IMG/VR virus record: IMGVR_UViG_3300037991_003957
Span: 1 to 34,696 of that record
DNA length: 34,696 nt
Reading direction: 5' to 3' (one strand)
From: a virus
Lineage: Duplodnaviria; Caudoviricetes
Below the pieces are notes generated by a model. The model was not told the origin of the DNA and did no database searches. It saw only the letters and a list, made by a program, of their open reading frames with translations. The translations under genes and the position numbers were made by a program. Positions 34,521 to 34,696 of the stretch are shown piece by piece. Each line of letters begins with the position of its first letter. Position 1 is the first letter of the stretch.

Positions 34521-34696
34521 TTATTTTCTAATTTTTGTAATTTTTTCAGCACCACGACTTCCGAAGTATGCTACATAAACCGTTATAAGTAAAGCTTCTA
34601 ATAATGAAACCCACCCTGTTTTTATTTCTAATAGTACTGTTGAATCTAATACTATAAATATTGTCATGGCTAAAGTAAGATATATTAGCGTCATAG
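34521..34696 (-). CDS. Holin (GTA_holin_3TM-like), 3' part, truncated by the window edge
   Basis: Not in the ORF track. It reads ...MTLIYLTLAMTIFIVLDSTVLLEIKTGWVSLLEALLITVYVAYFGSRGAEKITKIRK*: two TM helices, the YFGSRxxEK motif and a basic tail. Confidence 0.75.
   Translation of the reverse strand, partial: MTLIYLTLAMTIFIVLDSTVLLEIKTGWVSLLEALLITVYVAYFGSRGAEKITKIRK

Noticed and set aside
1-34696. Stop-codon reassignment as in some crAss-like phages
   Set aside because: Long ORFs tile the window under the standard code, and TAG (27717, 15732) and TGA (1237, 32369) end genes at sensible junctions.
1-34696. tRNAs, CRISPR arrays, introns, inteins, DGR repeats or mobile elements
   Set aside because: None recognised. 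Intergenic gaps are too short, and TerL and the RNR fragment look uninterrupted.

Overview
AT-rich tailed-phage DNA, most consistent with a podovirus-like phage of Bacteroidota (starts are A-rich with no Shine-Dalgarno motif; the morphogenesis module is distantly crAss-like). The standard genetic code appears to be used. The + strand (1-1268) carries the end of a replication/metabolism arm: the 3' part of a class II ribonucleotide reductase, a putative lipoprotein and a 12-aa Cys-rich micro-ORF. This arm converges at a bidirectional terminator with a ~33 kb minus-strand late module. In transcription order that module is: holin (partial), small genes, GroES-like protein, TerS, TerL, portal, scaffold, major capsid protein, two accessory proteins, ring/adaptor proteins, a split and frameshifted muzzle/tail-stabilisation protein, a GNAT-like protein and three putative ejection proteins. 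The most striking item is the 3212-aa protein. It has a zincin HExxH motif, a sigma-70-region-2-like segment, an EHxxP segment and a complete HAD phosphatase domain. A recurring motif, (L/F/M)-(Q/N)-(A/L)-S-E-K, sits at the four boundaries between these modules. This suggests a virion-injected, self-processing polyprotein that releases host-takeover effectors. All family assignments come from motif recognition by eye; no database search was run.
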